Source of the DNA: Chthonomonadales bacterium
Lineage (GTDB): Bacteria; Armatimonadota; Chthonomonadetes; Chthonomonadales; CAJBBX01
NCBI GenBank assembly: GCA_037443035.1
Contig: JBBIPC010000002.1
Location: forward strand, 192,001-256,000
DNA: 64,000 nucleotides
Direction of reading: 5' to 3'
Part shown: in pieces, positions 30,301-39,218 of the stretch
How positions within the stretch are numbered: position 1 is the stretch's first letter
How the letters are laid out: every line of letters begins with the position of its first letter
Position numbers and translations under genes: made by a program
The notes under the pieces: model-generated
The model's input: only the letters and a program-made list of their open reading frames with translations
What the model was told of the DNA's origin: nothing
Database searches by the model: none

Positions 30301-30630
30301 GGAGGTGAACAAGATACGCGAACCGTCTCGGCTCCAGCCCACCACAGTGGAGGTAGCACCGAGATACGTAAGCCGACGCAGCGGCCCACCCTCGGAAGGC
30401 ATCACATAGACCTCGAGGTGTCCTTCCTCCCGACCACTGAATGCCAAGAGGGATCCATCCGGAGAGTAGAACGGCTGGGTGGTGATTGCCAGGTTGGCCG
30501 TAAGTCTTCGCGCGACGCCTCCCTGCACCGGAACTGTCCACAGGTCGTCCTCGGAGCCAAAGACGATACTGTCGCCATGCACTGTCGGCCAACGATAGTA
30601 ACCTTGCATCGGGGCCACTCGCTTCACCAT
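27352..30630 (-). CDS. Tricorn protease (S41 family)
   Basis: N-terminal beta-propellers, WKRYRGGTAGDIW, GELGTSHAY, a PDZ domain, DVRFNRGG, AGSDGD (catalytic Ser) and RTWGGVIG. The start could be 30609, 30630 or 30663. Confidence 0.95.
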   Translation of the reverse strand: MVKRVAPMQGYYRWPTVHGDSIVFGSEDDLWTVPVQGGVARRLTANLAITTQPFYSPDGSLLAFSGREEGHLEVYVMPSEGGPLRRLTYLGATSTVVGWSRDGSRILFTSDAQQPFSGTCCIMSVGLEGGLPRTEPYGLAVSITFGPRGGVALGRHSNDPARWKRYRGGTAGDIWIDPDGSGTFRPLIRLEGNMSRPMWIGDRIYFLSDHEGVGNIYSCLPDGNDLRRHTHLVEYFVRYPNTDGRLVVFHAGADLYVLDPASDSVHRVPVEYRSPRVQRQRKYAEPGRYLQGYTLHPEGHSLALTVRGKCVTMGNWEGAATIVAGADSFQEAGVRYRCVTWLRDGKRIAAMVDRDGEEAIEVHTLDNCGEYRRYSDLDLGRVYALRASPTADHLVLWNNRRELLFVDLDTGSVTVIERNTWGTLGGATWSHDGRWVAYHASVSHYRVAIKLWSREDGTVSQVTDPILQDTSPCFDPEGKYLYFIGKRDLDPVYDNLHFDLGFPRGERPFLVTLRKDVRSPFLPLPEPLSKPDSSQEKGDAKSDKPADQPPEEPQHLVIDLEGIAGRVVGFPVPESIVAQVAALKGKLLYLTFPVQGALGRSWADTDTPPKGTLECYDFAQRFTETLVAGISDFEVGADLKSMVYRVRDRLRVVRAGEKPDEKAAGDPPGRKSGWVDLGRVRVPVDPGAEWRQMAREAWRLQRDYFWTPDMSDVDWNAVWDRYAPLIDRVGTRAEFSDLMWEMQGELGTSHAYEFGGDYRPEPAYHQGFLGADFEWDPDAQGYRITRIVEGAPGEPDAMSPLRAPGILAEPGDLLVAINGRQLGADCTPQQALVHQAGCEVTLTLRSGDALRTVTTKALRSEFPARYREWVEHNRRRVHEATNSRVGYVHIPDMGAAGYAEFHRLYLAEAEYDALVVDVRFNRGGHVSQLLLEKLARKRVGYDVPRWGQPEPYPSHSVAGPMVMLTNQFAGSDGDIVSHCFKLMGLGPLIGTRTWGGVIGIGPHNPLVDGGMTTQPEYAFWFKDVGWGVENYGTDPDIEVQMAPQDYAAGRDPQLDKAIEVVLALLEKEPPLKPEFGNRPKLTLPKSLPGMPG

Positions 30631-30780
30631 GAAGTCGGCGCCCGCGTACATGCGTGCGTACACTGTGCCGCGCGAGGGAGTCCTAACGGGGCCTTGCCTG
30701 GAGGCAGATCAGAGAGCCGCTAGCAATAACGCGGCGCCGCGTGAGGCATTATACCCATGCAACGACCTCCAGAGGAACGT

Positions 30781-30805
30781 GCGGGGCGGCTCGTAGCCGC
30801 CCCGC
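30781..30805 (-). terminator. GC-rich hairpin 3' of DUF1559 gene 1
   Basis: Perfect stem gcggggcggct-cgt-agccgccccgc, with no U-tract. Confidence 0.45.
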
Positions 30806-30852
30806 TGATGGAACCCGGAGGAGGATGCCCTGTTACGGGCGCGGGTTACATC

Positions 30853-31629
30853 TTACTGGCGAGTAGCATCCCACTTGTTCAGGTCGAGCATCGCCGGATC
30901 GCTGTCGTACAGCCAGCCAGGGTTCGTTGCTTCCGGCTTCAGAGCCTTTGCATGCCCGTCGCAGAACGTGAAGTTGGCCATACCGGAGTGGACCGTCGGC
31001 ACGCAACCCGTTGGTCCATTCGGGTAATCAGCCGGAGCACGCTTACCTTCGGGAATAGAGCCGCAGCCCCAGTACCAGTTCCACACGGAGTTGCTGTAGT
31101 ACATGGAGCGAGGCCCCCACCACATGACGTTGTCAATGTCATGCTTCTCGGCAAGCATGATCGTGTCCGCTGGCCGGCCGACCTTCGCCAGCGAGGCGAC
31201 ATTATCGGAGACCCAGCTCTGGACCATACCCATGACGCCGATCATGCGGTTCGCGTTGTTGATCCACTTGATGAGGCCGTTGGAGGCCCAGGAAATGCGG
31301 GGACCGGCCCAGTCCACATCGGCCTGGCGACCGCCGGAATCGCTGGGACAGCGGAGAATGTTGATGTTCTTGATGTAGGGCTGGGTCGTTGTGGGCCAGT
31401 TCAGCGCCCACCAGTTGTTGTCGCACCCCATGGGGTACATCTCGTCGTTGTCCTGGGCGTACATCAGCACTGCCAGGCCAAGCTGCTTGGCATTGCTGAG
31501 ACAGGACGTAGCGCGCGCCTTCTCGCGGGCCTGCGCGAACACCGGGAACAGGATCGCCGCCAGAATCGCGATGATCGCGATCACGACCAGCAGTTCGATC
31601 AGCGTGAACCCCGATTTCTTGTGGAGCAT
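30853..31629 (-). CDS. Prepilin-type N-terminal cleavage/methylation + DUF1559 H-X9-DG protein (copy 1)
   Basis: [46 protein letters not shown] and [24 protein letters not shown]. Confidence 0.93.
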   Translation of the reverse strand: MLHKKSGFTLIELLVVIAIIAILAAILFPVFAQAREKARATSCLSNAKQLGLAVLMYAQDNDEMYPMGCDNNWWALNWPTTTQPYIKNINILRCPSDSGGRQADVDWAGPRISWASNGLIKWINNANRMIGVMGMVQSWVSDNVASLAKVGRPADTIMLAEKHDIDNVMWWGPRSMYYSNSVWNWYWGCGSIPEGKRAPADYPNGPTGCVPTVHSGMANFTFCDGHAKALKPEATNPGWLYDSDPAMLDLNKWDATRQ

Positions 31630-31705
31630 TCTTTGACCTCTCCTTGTAGAATTCGCCGCGAGACAGTTGCCTATCCGCCGCTGCGGCACTACGGCGATGG
31701 CATTC

Positions 31706-31966
31706 CTATTGAGGGCCGAATGGTGCCCCTGGTCCCGGCTGGCCCTTGGGCCGGGGCGGAGGTGGCGGGACGTTCCCGCCTTGGCGCATGCGTTCCATGG
31801 CCTGACGCGCCTCTGCAGGCATCTCTGCTGGAGGTCCTTGCTTCAGTTGCTGTTCCTCCTCCTTGGTGAAGCCGCTCCTCTGGCAACCTGCCAGGCCGGT
31901 CATAGCTACTGCTAGGACTGCCGCCACCGTCACTCGCAGCAGCCAGCCAGACAGCCGTATTCTCAC
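31706..31966 (-). CDS. Small Pro-rich putative lipoprotein
   Basis: SD AAGGAGG plus GTG start, a hydrophobic signal ending in the lipobox LAGC, and a Pro/Gly-rich tail. Confidence 0.7.
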   Translation of the reverse strand: MRIRLSGWLLRVTVAAVLAVAMTGLAGCQRSGFTKEEEQQLKQGPPAEMPAEARQAMERMRQGGNVPPPPPRPKGQPGPGAPFGPQ

Positions 31967-32017
31967 GTATGTTCCTCCTTGCCCTCGGACGCCACCATTT
32001 TCTGCATCCATAGTTCG

Positions 32018-33046
32018 TCAGACATATGCAGGTGGTCCGGTTGTTTCCCGCGGTACGAAATGCACCGGAAGGACCATATGGCAGTCCGCACCGTTCCGCC
32101 CCTCCAGCAGTCGTTTCATGAGTACGGCCGCCTGGAAACCAAGCTCCTCTGCCGGCTGACGTATCGTTGTCAGTCGGGCCGTTGCCGCGTCAGGCGCGTC
32201 GTCGAAACCCACGACGGAGACATCACCTGGCACACTGACCCCACGATTCGCCAGTATTTCCAGTGTTCGGAGAGCCAGCCCATCGTTACCAGCTAGTATC
32301 GCCGTCGCAGGATGTTCTCGCTGAATCAGGGCGAGGACAGCGTGCTCGAGATCGGGACCGTGCTCTGTCACTGAAGTCGCGGCCAGCCGGCGGTCCGGTA
32401 CGATGCCATGTGCCTCCAGGGCATTACAGTAGGCCTCATATCGCTCGTGAAAGTCATCCGAATAGAGTGGTGAGACAAACGCGATCCGCCGATGCCCCAG
32501 ACGTACAAGGTGGTCCACTGCTGCAGCAATGCCTGAGGCGTTGTCAATACGCACAGAAGCAAGCCTTCCCGGCACATAGCGCTGATAGAGCAGGACCCCC
32601 ATAAGGCCCGATGCGGCCAAGGCATCTACTCCTGCACGGTTGAGGCCGCCCGGCGCTAGGATCACGCCGTCCACGCGCCCGTCCATGAAATAAGCCGCTT
32701 CGACCTCGCCTTCGTGAGGATGCCGCGCATAGAGGAGCGCATCCAGAGAATGCTCCGAGAGGCCCCGTGAGATTCCTCGAAGCATGTCCAGGGAGACGTC
32801 CCTGCTTCCGCCCAGGTAGACCCGCCACGTGAAGACACCGATCGTATTGGTGCGGCCACTCTGAAGCGCCCTGATGAGGGCATTGGGGGCGAACTGCAGC
32901 TCCGAGGCGGCCCAGAGAACGCGCCGCCGCGTAGTCTCTGAGAAGCGACCCTTGCCGTTCAGGACATTGGAGACAGTGCCAATCGACACACCGGCGAGCC
33001 GGGCTACCTCCGAGATGGTTGCACGTTTGGGAGAGTGTAGCGTCAT
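32018..33046 (-). CDS. LacI-family transcriptional regulator (copy 1)
   Basis: HTH ATISEVARLAGVSIGTVSNVLN, plus LGHRRIAF and DVSVVGFDD. Confidence 0.96.
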   Translation of the reverse strand: MTLHSPKRATISEVARLAGVSIGTVSNVLNGKGRFSETTRRRVLWAASELQFAPNALIRALQSGRTNTIGVFTWRVYLGGSRDVSLDMLRGISRGLSEHSLDALLYARHPHEGEVEAAYFMDGRVDGVILAPGGLNRAGVDALAASGLMGVLLYQRYVPGRLASVRIDNASGIAAAVDHLVRLGHRRIAFVSPLYSDDFHERYEAYCNALEAHGIVPDRRLAATSVTEHGPDLEHAVLALIQREHPATAILAGNDGLALRTLEILANRGVSVPGDVSVVGFDDAPDAATARLTTIRQPAEELGFQAAVLMKRLLEGRNGADCHMVLPVHFVPRETTGPPAYV

Positions 33047-33053
33047 TCTGCGA

Positions 33054-33129
33054 TGAACTTACTTCACTGAGCCATTGTTACCTACATGAGGCACCCATGT
33101 CAAGAGGTGTGATGAAGTAACTTCATCAC
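33054..33129 (-). promoter_or_regulatory. LacI-1 promoter flanked by two operator palindromes
   Basis: Minus strand TTGACA (33098-33103) and -10 AACAAT (33074-33079). Perfect inverted repeat GTGATGAAG-taa-CTTCATCAC at 33109-33129 and the related TGAACTTACTTCA at 33054-33066. Confidence 0.7.
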
Positions 33130-33171
33130 GAGAGGATAGACCTCACTCCTTCTTTTCCCCTTACGTGCTGC

Positions 33172-33429
33172 TCACTTCTGTCCCGAGGTCTGACCGCTAG
33201 GTTGGACGAGACCCGCTCCCGAGCCCATGCGGGCGCGTATCTGCGCTATGGCAGCCGCTTTCGCCTGGGGAGGCATCCGCGGATTGTTCTCGATTTGGCT
33301 GATCATCTGCTCGACTGTCGGTCCCTGTCTAGGTCGTGTCTCGGGATTCCACACTGTTTGACGCAACAGCAGTAGCGCAGCGATGACGATGACCACCACT
33401 GCAGCTACGGCCACCCATTTCTGGTTCAC
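33172..33429 (-). CDS. Small single-pass membrane protein
   Basis: SD AGGAGG plus GTG start, an N-terminal TM helix and the segment IENNPRMPPQAKAAAIAQI. Confidence 0.75.
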   Translation of the reverse strand: MNQKWVAVAAVVVIVIAALLLLRQTVWNPETRPRQGPTVEQMISQIENNPRMPPQAKAAAIAQIRARMGSGAGLVQPSGQTSGQK

Positions 33430-33551
33430 GACACACCTCCTGTCGTCCGACGGACAGCCGCCCTCCTACCTGGGGCATGCGGCTTTTCGGGGAGCCGCCC
33501 CGTGATGCGTGAGGCGACTCCCCACAATGCGCTAGCAGATGCCGCGATATC

Positions 33552-34349
33552 TCAGTACGGATACCAGCCCTCGCCGTGCCAGATCGCGGCCTGACCCGCC
33601 TCGACGTAGATGTTGCGGTACCACAGGATGGAACCCTTGCTCATGGACTTCGCATGCCCGTCGAAGAAGGCCACGTTGGCCGTCCTGGTGTGGCGATAGC
33701 GCGGATGCATGCCGCAGCCAGCCCAGACCGCCGTGCCTCCCTCGGCACCGTCGCAGTCGAAGGTCGCCTCGATGTCATTGCCGTCACGGACGGGAGGATT
33801 GCCAATCCACGACACCCAGTCCCACTCCCATGTGGCAAACCGACCCCAACCCCACGAGCCTTCTGTCATGCCGTTCTCCATCATGACGATCTTCTCGGCG
33901 GGTTGGTCAATGACCGCTTCGGAGACGGTGGGTTTGTTGGCGTTATTCACGCCGTCCACCCATTCGTCCGTGAACACATCCATGTGGCATCCGTAGTTGC
34001 CGGACTGAACCCGAGGCCGCGATGGGCATTGGAAGATGCCCGTGGTGCCCCATCCGGTGCCGTCCGCGTAGTGGTCGCCGTTCTTGATGTACGGCCATAT
34101 GACGGCATACCAGGAGTACTGGATCGGACCAGGTCCCCACCACTGGAGCATCGGATAGTACCCATCGTTGTCCTGCACGTACATTGCGATGCCGAGCGCG
34201 ATCTGCTTGTGGTTGGACAAGCAGGTAACGCCGCGGGCCTTCTCGCGTGCCTGTGCAAACACCGGGAACAGGATGGCAGCGAGGATCGCGATGATCGCGA
34301 TGACGACGAGCAGCTCGATCAGCGTGAATGCCGATCCCTTTCCTTTCAT
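33552..34349 (-). CDS. Prepilin/DUF1559 H-X9-DG protein (copy 2)
   Basis: [46 protein letters not shown] and [13 protein letters not shown]. Confidence 0.93.
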   Translation of the reverse strand: MKGKGSAFTLIELLVVIAIIAILAAILFPVFAQAREKARGVTCLSNHKQIALGIAMYVQDNDGYYPMLQWWGPGPIQYSWYAVIWPYIKNGDHYADGTGWGTTGIFQCPSRPRVQSGNYGCHMDVFTDEWVDGVNNANKPTVSEAVIDQPAEKIVMMENGMTEGSWGWGRFATWEWDWVSWIGNPPVRDGNDIEATFDCDGAEGGTAVWAGCGMHPRYRHTRTANVAFFDGHAKSMSKGSILWYRNIYVEAGQAAIWHGEGWYPY

Positions 34350-34388
34350 GTGTGCCTCCCTTTCTCGCTCTCGAGCGAAAGGTTGTGA

Positions 34389-35465
34389 TTAGGGCCTGAG
34401 CACTGCCTTATCCCCTGCGGGGGCCCGGTCGCAGGGGCCTGCACAGGATTCCCGAACGTCCAGGTGCATCGGGAATCGGATGATGGGCTCTGGTATGGCC
34501 TGTCCTCGGATCCGGGCAAGAAGCAGATCCACTGCAGCCCGGCCGATCTCGGGAAGCGGCTGTCGCACGGAGGTGAGTGGCGGAGTGCATCGCTCGCTGA
34601 TCTCCGTGGAGTTGAAACTCACAACCGAAACGTCGTCTGGAACGCGTATACCTGTGTGGGGCAACATTTCGGCGAACATGCGTGCCCTCATCTCGTCGCA
34701 GCAGATGATCCCAGTTGGACGAGGTCGAAGTTCCTTGAACCACCGAATCGCGTCCGCAACCCACTCGGCACTGGGTAATGCTCGCTCGTCCCACGTTCGG
34801 ATATAGGAGGCCGGAAGCTTGGCCCCTGCCTCGGCCATGGCAACACGAATGCCACGCAATCTCTCGGCACCCCACGACAACTCATCGCCGGGGTAGAGCA
34901 CTCCGATAGCCCGATGGCCTAGGTCGGTTAGATGCCGCGCCGCCAACCTCCCACCTGCGTAGTTGTCGCAGTCTACCGACAGGGTCGCGGGATGCTCCGT
35001 GTGGAACGAGACGCAGACCAAGGGGAACCCGGCATCGAGAAGCGCTGGTGTAAGCTGGTCATTCACAAAACGGCTGATCTGCAGCACACCGTCCACGGAC
35101 CCCCCAGTGATGTCAGCGAAGAGGGTCTGCCAGCCCGGGTAATGGGCCGAGAGAAGGAGGACGTTCCGATCATGCTCCGTGGCGCGCTGAATGATGCCCT
35201 CGAGGATCTCGTTGAAGTAGGTGTCCCGGGTGCTGAAGCTCTCCGGCTGATTGAGGACGATGCCTATTCGGCGAGTCTTTCCAGTGGCAAGGGCTCTCGC
35301 AGAAAGATGAGGCCGGTACTGAAGTCGCGCTGCCGCCTCGAGCACGCGCTGCCGCGTTTCCATGGGGATGGAATCGCAACGATTGTTCAGCACGAAGGAC
35401 GCTGTTGTCGGCGAAACGCCGGCCGCTTCAGCAACGTCACGCAGCCGGACACGCCCGGTTGCCAC
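34389..35465 (-). CDS. LacI-family transcriptional regulator (copy 2)
   Basis: HTH VRLRDVAEAAGVSPTTASFVLN, plus LGHRAIG and PPLTSVRQP. Confidence 0.96.
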   Translation of the reverse strand: MATGRVRLRDVAEAAGVSPTTASFVLNNRCDSIPMETRQRVLEAAARLQYRPHLSARALATGKTRRIGIVLNQPESFSTRDTYFNEILEGIIQRATEHDRNVLLLSAHYPGWQTLFADITGGSVDGVLQISRFVNDQLTPALLDAGFPLVCVSFHTEHPATLSVDCDNYAGGRLAARHLTDLGHRAIGVLYPGDELSWGAERLRGIRVAMAEAGAKLPASYIRTWDERALPSAEWVADAIRWFKELRPRPTGIICCDEMRARMFAEMLPHTGIRVPDDVSVVSFNSTEISERCTPPLTSVRQPLPEIGRAAVDLLLARIRGQAIPEPIIRFPMHLDVRESCAGPCDRAPAGDKAVLRP

Positions 35466-35504
35466 TTTGCCTCTCCATCGCCGAGGCCCCCTTGCCTCGT
35501 ACTG

Positions 35505-35577
35505 GTAATGCGCTTCAGTAATCCGACTTAGTAATACGCTTTACGAGATTATACAGTAGCTTGGCAGGGGTTGTCAA
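35505..35577 (-). promoter_or_regulatory. LacI-2 consensus promoter with three tandem 13-bp operator-like repeats
   Basis: Minus strand TTGACA-18nt-TATAAT (35548-35577). Tandem GTAATGCGCTTCA / GTAATCCGACTTA / GTAATACGCTTTA at 35505-35543. Confidence 0.75.
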
Positions 35578-35758
35578 GCGATATGCCCAGGATAGCTCAG
35601 GTTCCCTCGCTATGCAGTTCTGGCACTCCGTCGGTTCCGGCGTGTCGTAGTCCCGACCGGAGCCACAGCTCGAGGAAGCTACGGACACGGTGATCGGAAT
35701 CTGAGCCGCGCCCTACCCCGAGTCGCGTGCTAGACTCCTGCGAAAGGAGGGGAGGTCC

Positions 35759-38440
35759 ATGTCTTTTCTCGGACTGTTCGCAGTGGCCGTAGCTGTGCGC
35801 GTGTTTGGCACCGACTTCGACGGCACGTTGATCCATCACGTCGACATCCGACTAGGCGCTCAGGCCTCCGACGTGGAGCGCAACGCGGCAACCCTTCTCC
35901 TAGAGCGTCTCACGGAGACCGGGCAAGTAGCAGCGACTATCGCAGGAGACACAAGAACGAGCGCCCCGGCCACTGCGGCGGAACGTCGCGGACCGACCTT
36001 GCGCGTCCTCCTTGGCGTCCCCGGCCACCACGGCGCCATCGCGGCCGAGATCCAACAGCGTCGCATCTCTCCGCTTACGGAACTCGATCCGGGTCCGGAG
36101 GGGTTCTTGCTGAAGCGGCTGGCCGGACCTGCCGAACCAACAGTCCTGGCAGCCGGAGTCGATGATAGAGGCGTGGTCTATGCCGTTGGCGAACTCCTGC
36201 GCCGCTTGCCGATTCGCCAGGGCGGTCTAGAGGTGCCTGCCACACTCGACGTTCGTACTGCACCAGCTTTCGAGCTCCGCGGAACGCAGTTTGGGCAGAG
36301 TCATGTGGCGCTCACCAGGGCCCGCGTAAGGCCGTGGACACAGAAGGAAATCCAGCGGAAGATCGCCGATTACGCGCTCGCGGGAGCCAACACCCTCCAG
36401 GTGCCAGCGCACGTCACCGATATGGATCCCACGTACCGCTACATCAAGGGGCTCGGCCTGAAAACCCTTGTGCACTATTCCGCCAATGCTGGTCAGGGTC
36501 CGCCTGGATGGCAAGCCAGGGAATCCATCGGCAGGACTGGCTACCTCTGTCCGTCCGTACCGGAAGCCCGAGCGGAACTCCTTAGGAACTGCGAGGCCAT
36601 CTTCTCCCGATCACCTGACTTCGATTATGTCAGCTTCTCGGGAGGCGACGGCGGCGGATGCGAATGCGACCGGTGCAAGCCCTACGGCGCGGTGTTCATC
36701 CGGCTCGTCGAGGACTACGCAACGATCATCCATCGGTACCATCCGAACACGCAGGTCATGTTCACCAACCAGAAGTTCGACAACGAGGACGATCTGGCGA
36801 TCTTCGCCTACTTGCGCGATCACCCCAACACGGGCGTACGCGCGTTCTGCGTCGGGCCCGGCTCGGATGCCATGTCGTGGCAGCCGGGGCATCGGCAACA
36901 CCACCGCATGGACCTGTTCCGCTATCCGCGCTTCGGGCCTTTCAGCCGCTACATGCAGGAGATTGTCCATCAGCTTCCACCGCATGTAGATCTGGCGTTC
37001 TACAACGAGGTCACACACTGGCGGTACTCTCAGTACGGCTACGTGCAGGCTTATCCCCGTCCCGACAAGGACGGCAGCCACCCGCCCCACTGGAACCACT
37101 TCATCTACGAGCGCATGCCCGATCCATACCTCACTCAGGTCTACGATCGGCTTACGTTCTTCGCTTGGCCACGATATTACCGGTGGGTCTTCGGCGAGGT
37201 CGTGCGGTACGGCCTAGGTGACTGTACCCATTCTAGCGGCACCCATGACCATTTCAACCAGTGGATGTGGCAGCGGCTGCTCTGGTCGCCCCATCGGCCC
37301 GTCGAGGACGTGGTGGACGAGTACTGCCGCACGTGGTTCGGCCCCGAGGCCGCGCCGCTCATGGCGCAAGCCGTTTTCCTCATGGAGGAGTACCTCCAAT
37401 GGGACCCACAGAAACCCATCACCCGGAAGACGAGCATTGACCAGTACTACGACCTCGTTATGCGGGCCGGCAAGCTGATGCCTCCTCACCTGCGCGACCG
37501 GAGCTGGCTGTGGAGGGAGTTCGCCCAGAAGGCCGCCATAGACAAGCGCACCAAACTCGCCGTCGGACAGCAGATGGCCCTTCAGAGGAGCATCGAGCGG
37601 GACATCGCGGCGGCTCTCTCAAAGTCCGACAGGTCAGACAAGTCCGACAGGTCAGACCTGTCCGACTCGGTCTCCCGCTGCCTATCGCGCCTCGCCTCGA
37701 TGAAGGAAACCCCGGCCATGCGCCGCCTCCGCGAAGAAGCCACGCGTCTGGGAGAAGAGAGCAACGTCTTGTACGGAGTACGAAGCGAGGGAATCTTCAG
37801 CCTAGATCATGACTTCATCGGCCTGGGATGGCTCCGGCGCCAGTTGGAGCGTGCGCTGGCAGCGTCTGGCGAAGAACGCCGCGAGCTCTTGGCCATGATC
37901 GCCGATTACGAGAACCCCGGCCCCGGAGGGTTCTACGACAGTCTCGGTAGTTACGAGTCGGCTCCGCACCTTGTTCATGGCTATCCTTACGATCATGGCC
38001 AACCCTATGTCGGAGAGATGCTCGACGAACGGAACCGCCTGAGCCAGCGCACCATGTGCTACACGCAGGACGAGGCCCAGGGCTTGACCCTGCGCTACGA
38101 AGGATTGGACCCCGATGCCACCTATCGCATTCGGTTCACCCTCGTGCGACCGTGGTACCAACCAAGGTACGCATTTCGGATGAACCAGAAGTCCCAGAGC
38201 ATCTACGCAGACGACATTCCTCTAGCCATCGGTCTGGAACTGCCCGAGAAGATGAGCGACTTCTTCACCTTCGACATTCCCGGAGAGGTAACCAAAGACG
38301 GCGTCTTGACCATTCGGTTCGAGAAGCAACCGGATGTAGCCCAGGGGGATCGTGTCAGCATAGAGCAGTGGCGCAACTGCGGAGGCTGGGGCACTCTCTG
38401 CAGCGAAGTTTGGCTCATGCGCAAGGGCAGCCAACGCTAG
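35759..38440 (+). CDS. Large secreted hypothetical protein, probable glycoside-hydrolase-like multidomain
   Basis: Signal peptide, then a GH67N/GH20b-like N-domain (GPEGFLL..AGVDDRGVVYAVGELLR..PAFELRG). A DGGGCECDRC motif lies in a barrel-like core, followed by a C-terminal beta-sandwich-like region. Confidence 0.6.
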   Translation: MSFLGLFAVAVAVRVFGTDFDGTLIHHVDIRLGAQASDVERNAATLLLERLTETGQVAATIAGDTRTSAPATAAERRGPTLRVLLGVPGHHGAIAAEIQQRRISPLTELDPGPEGFLLKRLAGPAEPTVLAAGVDDRGVVYAVGELLRRLPIRQGGLEVPATLDVRTAPAFELRGTQFGQSHVALTRARVRPWTQKEIQRKIADYALAGANTLQVPAHVTDMDPTYRYIKGLGLKTLVHYSANAGQGPPGWQARESIGRTGYLCPSVPEARAELLRNCEAIFSRSPDFDYVSFSGGDGGGCECDRCKPYGAVFIRLVEDYATIIHRYHPNTQVMFTNQKFDNEDDLAIFAYLRDHPNTGVRAFCVGPGSDAMSWQPGHRQHHRMDLFRYPRFGPFSRYMQEIVHQLPPHVDLAFYNEVTHWRYSQYGYVQAYPRPDKDGSHPPHWNHFIYERMPDPYLTQVYDRLTFFAWPRYYRWVFGEVVRYGLGDCTHSSGTHDHFNQWMWQRLLWSPHRPVEDVVDEYCRTWFGPEAAPLMAQAVFLMEEYLQWDPQKPITRKTSIDQYYDLVMRAGKLMPPHLRDRSWLWREFAQKAAIDKRTKLAVGQQMALQRSIERDIAAALSKSDRSDKSDRSDLSDSVSRCLSRLASMKETPAMRRLREEATRLGEESNVLYGVRSEGIFSLDHDFIGLGWLRRQLERALAASGEERRELLAMIADYENPGPGGFYDSLGSYESAPHLVHGYPYDHGQPYVGEMLDERNRLSQRTMCYTQDEAQGLTLRYEGLDPDATYRIRFTLVRPWYQPRYAFRMNQKSQSIYADDIPLAIGLELPEKMSDFFTFDIPGEVTKDGVLTIRFEKQPDVAQGDRVSIEQWRNCGGWGTLCSEVWLMRKGSQR
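37622..37666 (+). repeat. In-frame 9-bp tandem repeat (5 units) encoding KSDRSDKSDRSDLSD
   Basis: aagtccgac aggtcagac aagtccgac aggtcagac ctgtccgac. Confidence 0.9.
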
Positions 38441-38504
38441 GGCCAAGATGAAACGCCCACGTCCGAGCAACCGTCCATTCCGCCGGAGGGAGGAGTAACC
38501 CTGC

Positions 38505-39218
38505 ATGATAGAGATACTCGGTGTGTCCAAGTCCTACGGCGACAAGCGAGCGGTGGACAATCTGTCGCTGGAGGTGCGCGACGGCGAGATCTTCGGGTTC
38601 ATCGGACCCAACGGAGCCGGGAAGACAACCACCATCAAGATGCTGGTCGGCATGCTCCAGCCTGACGCCGGGACGGTCCGCGTGGACGGCGTGGATGTTC
38701 AAGCTGACCCCATTACGGCCAAGCTCAGCATGGCATACGTGCCGGACACACCGGATGTCTACGAGCGCCTCACGGGCATGCAGTTCGTGAATTTCATCGC
38801 CGATGCATACCGCGTCCCTCAGCAGCGTCGCAGGGAGAGGGTGCACCAACTCGCTGAGGCGCTCGAAATGACGGGCGCTCTGGGCGATCTGATCGAGTCC
38901 TATTCCCACGGTATGCGGCAGAAGATCGTTCTCATCGCAGCGCTAGTCCACGACCCCAAGACATGGGTCCTGGACGAGCCGCTGGTAGGTCTGGATCCAA
39001 AGGCGTCCTTCACGCTGAAGGAGATGATGCGCGAGCATGTTAGCCGCGGCAACACGGTGTTCTTCTCCACACACATCCTCGAGGTGGCCGAGAAGCTGTG
39101 CGACCGCGTGGGCATCATTGTCCAGGGCCGCCTTGTGGCATGTGGCACGCTGGACGAGCTCCGCACAAGATCGGATGAGACTCTGGAAAGCGTGTTCCTG
39201 GAGCTCGTAGACCGATGA
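38505..39218 (+). CDS. ABC-2-type transporter ATP-binding protein
   Basis: Motifs GPNGAGKTT, YSHGMRQK, LDEP and STH. Confidence 0.95.
   Translation: MIEILGVSKSYGDKRAVDNLSLEVRDGEIFGFIGPNGAGKTTTIKMLVGMLQPDAGTVRVDGVDVQADPITAKLSMAYVPDTPDVYERLTGMQFVNFIADAYRVPQQRRRERVHQLAEALEMTGALGDLIESYSHGMRQKIVLIAALVHDPKTWVLDEPLVGLDPKASFTLKEMMREHVSRGNTVFFSTHILEVAEKLCDRVGIIVQGRLVACGTLDELRTRSDETLESVFLELVDR

Noticed and set aside
30757..31869. 370-aa plus-strand ORF, and similar long antisense ORFs (16891-17898, 25424-26404, 48628-49857, 33576-34388)
   Set aside because: These are shadow ORFs opposite well-supported genes. They are expected from high-GC codon bias and have no recognisable motifs.
33489..33523. Intrinsic terminator after pilin copy 2
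   Set aside because: A stem is present but is followed by A's rather than U's on the coding strand. It is more likely an mRNA-stabilising hairpin, so it was not called as a terminator.
35505..37666. CRISPR-like arrays (13-bp and 9-bp repeats)
   Set aside because: The units are too short, have no spacers, and no cas genes are present.
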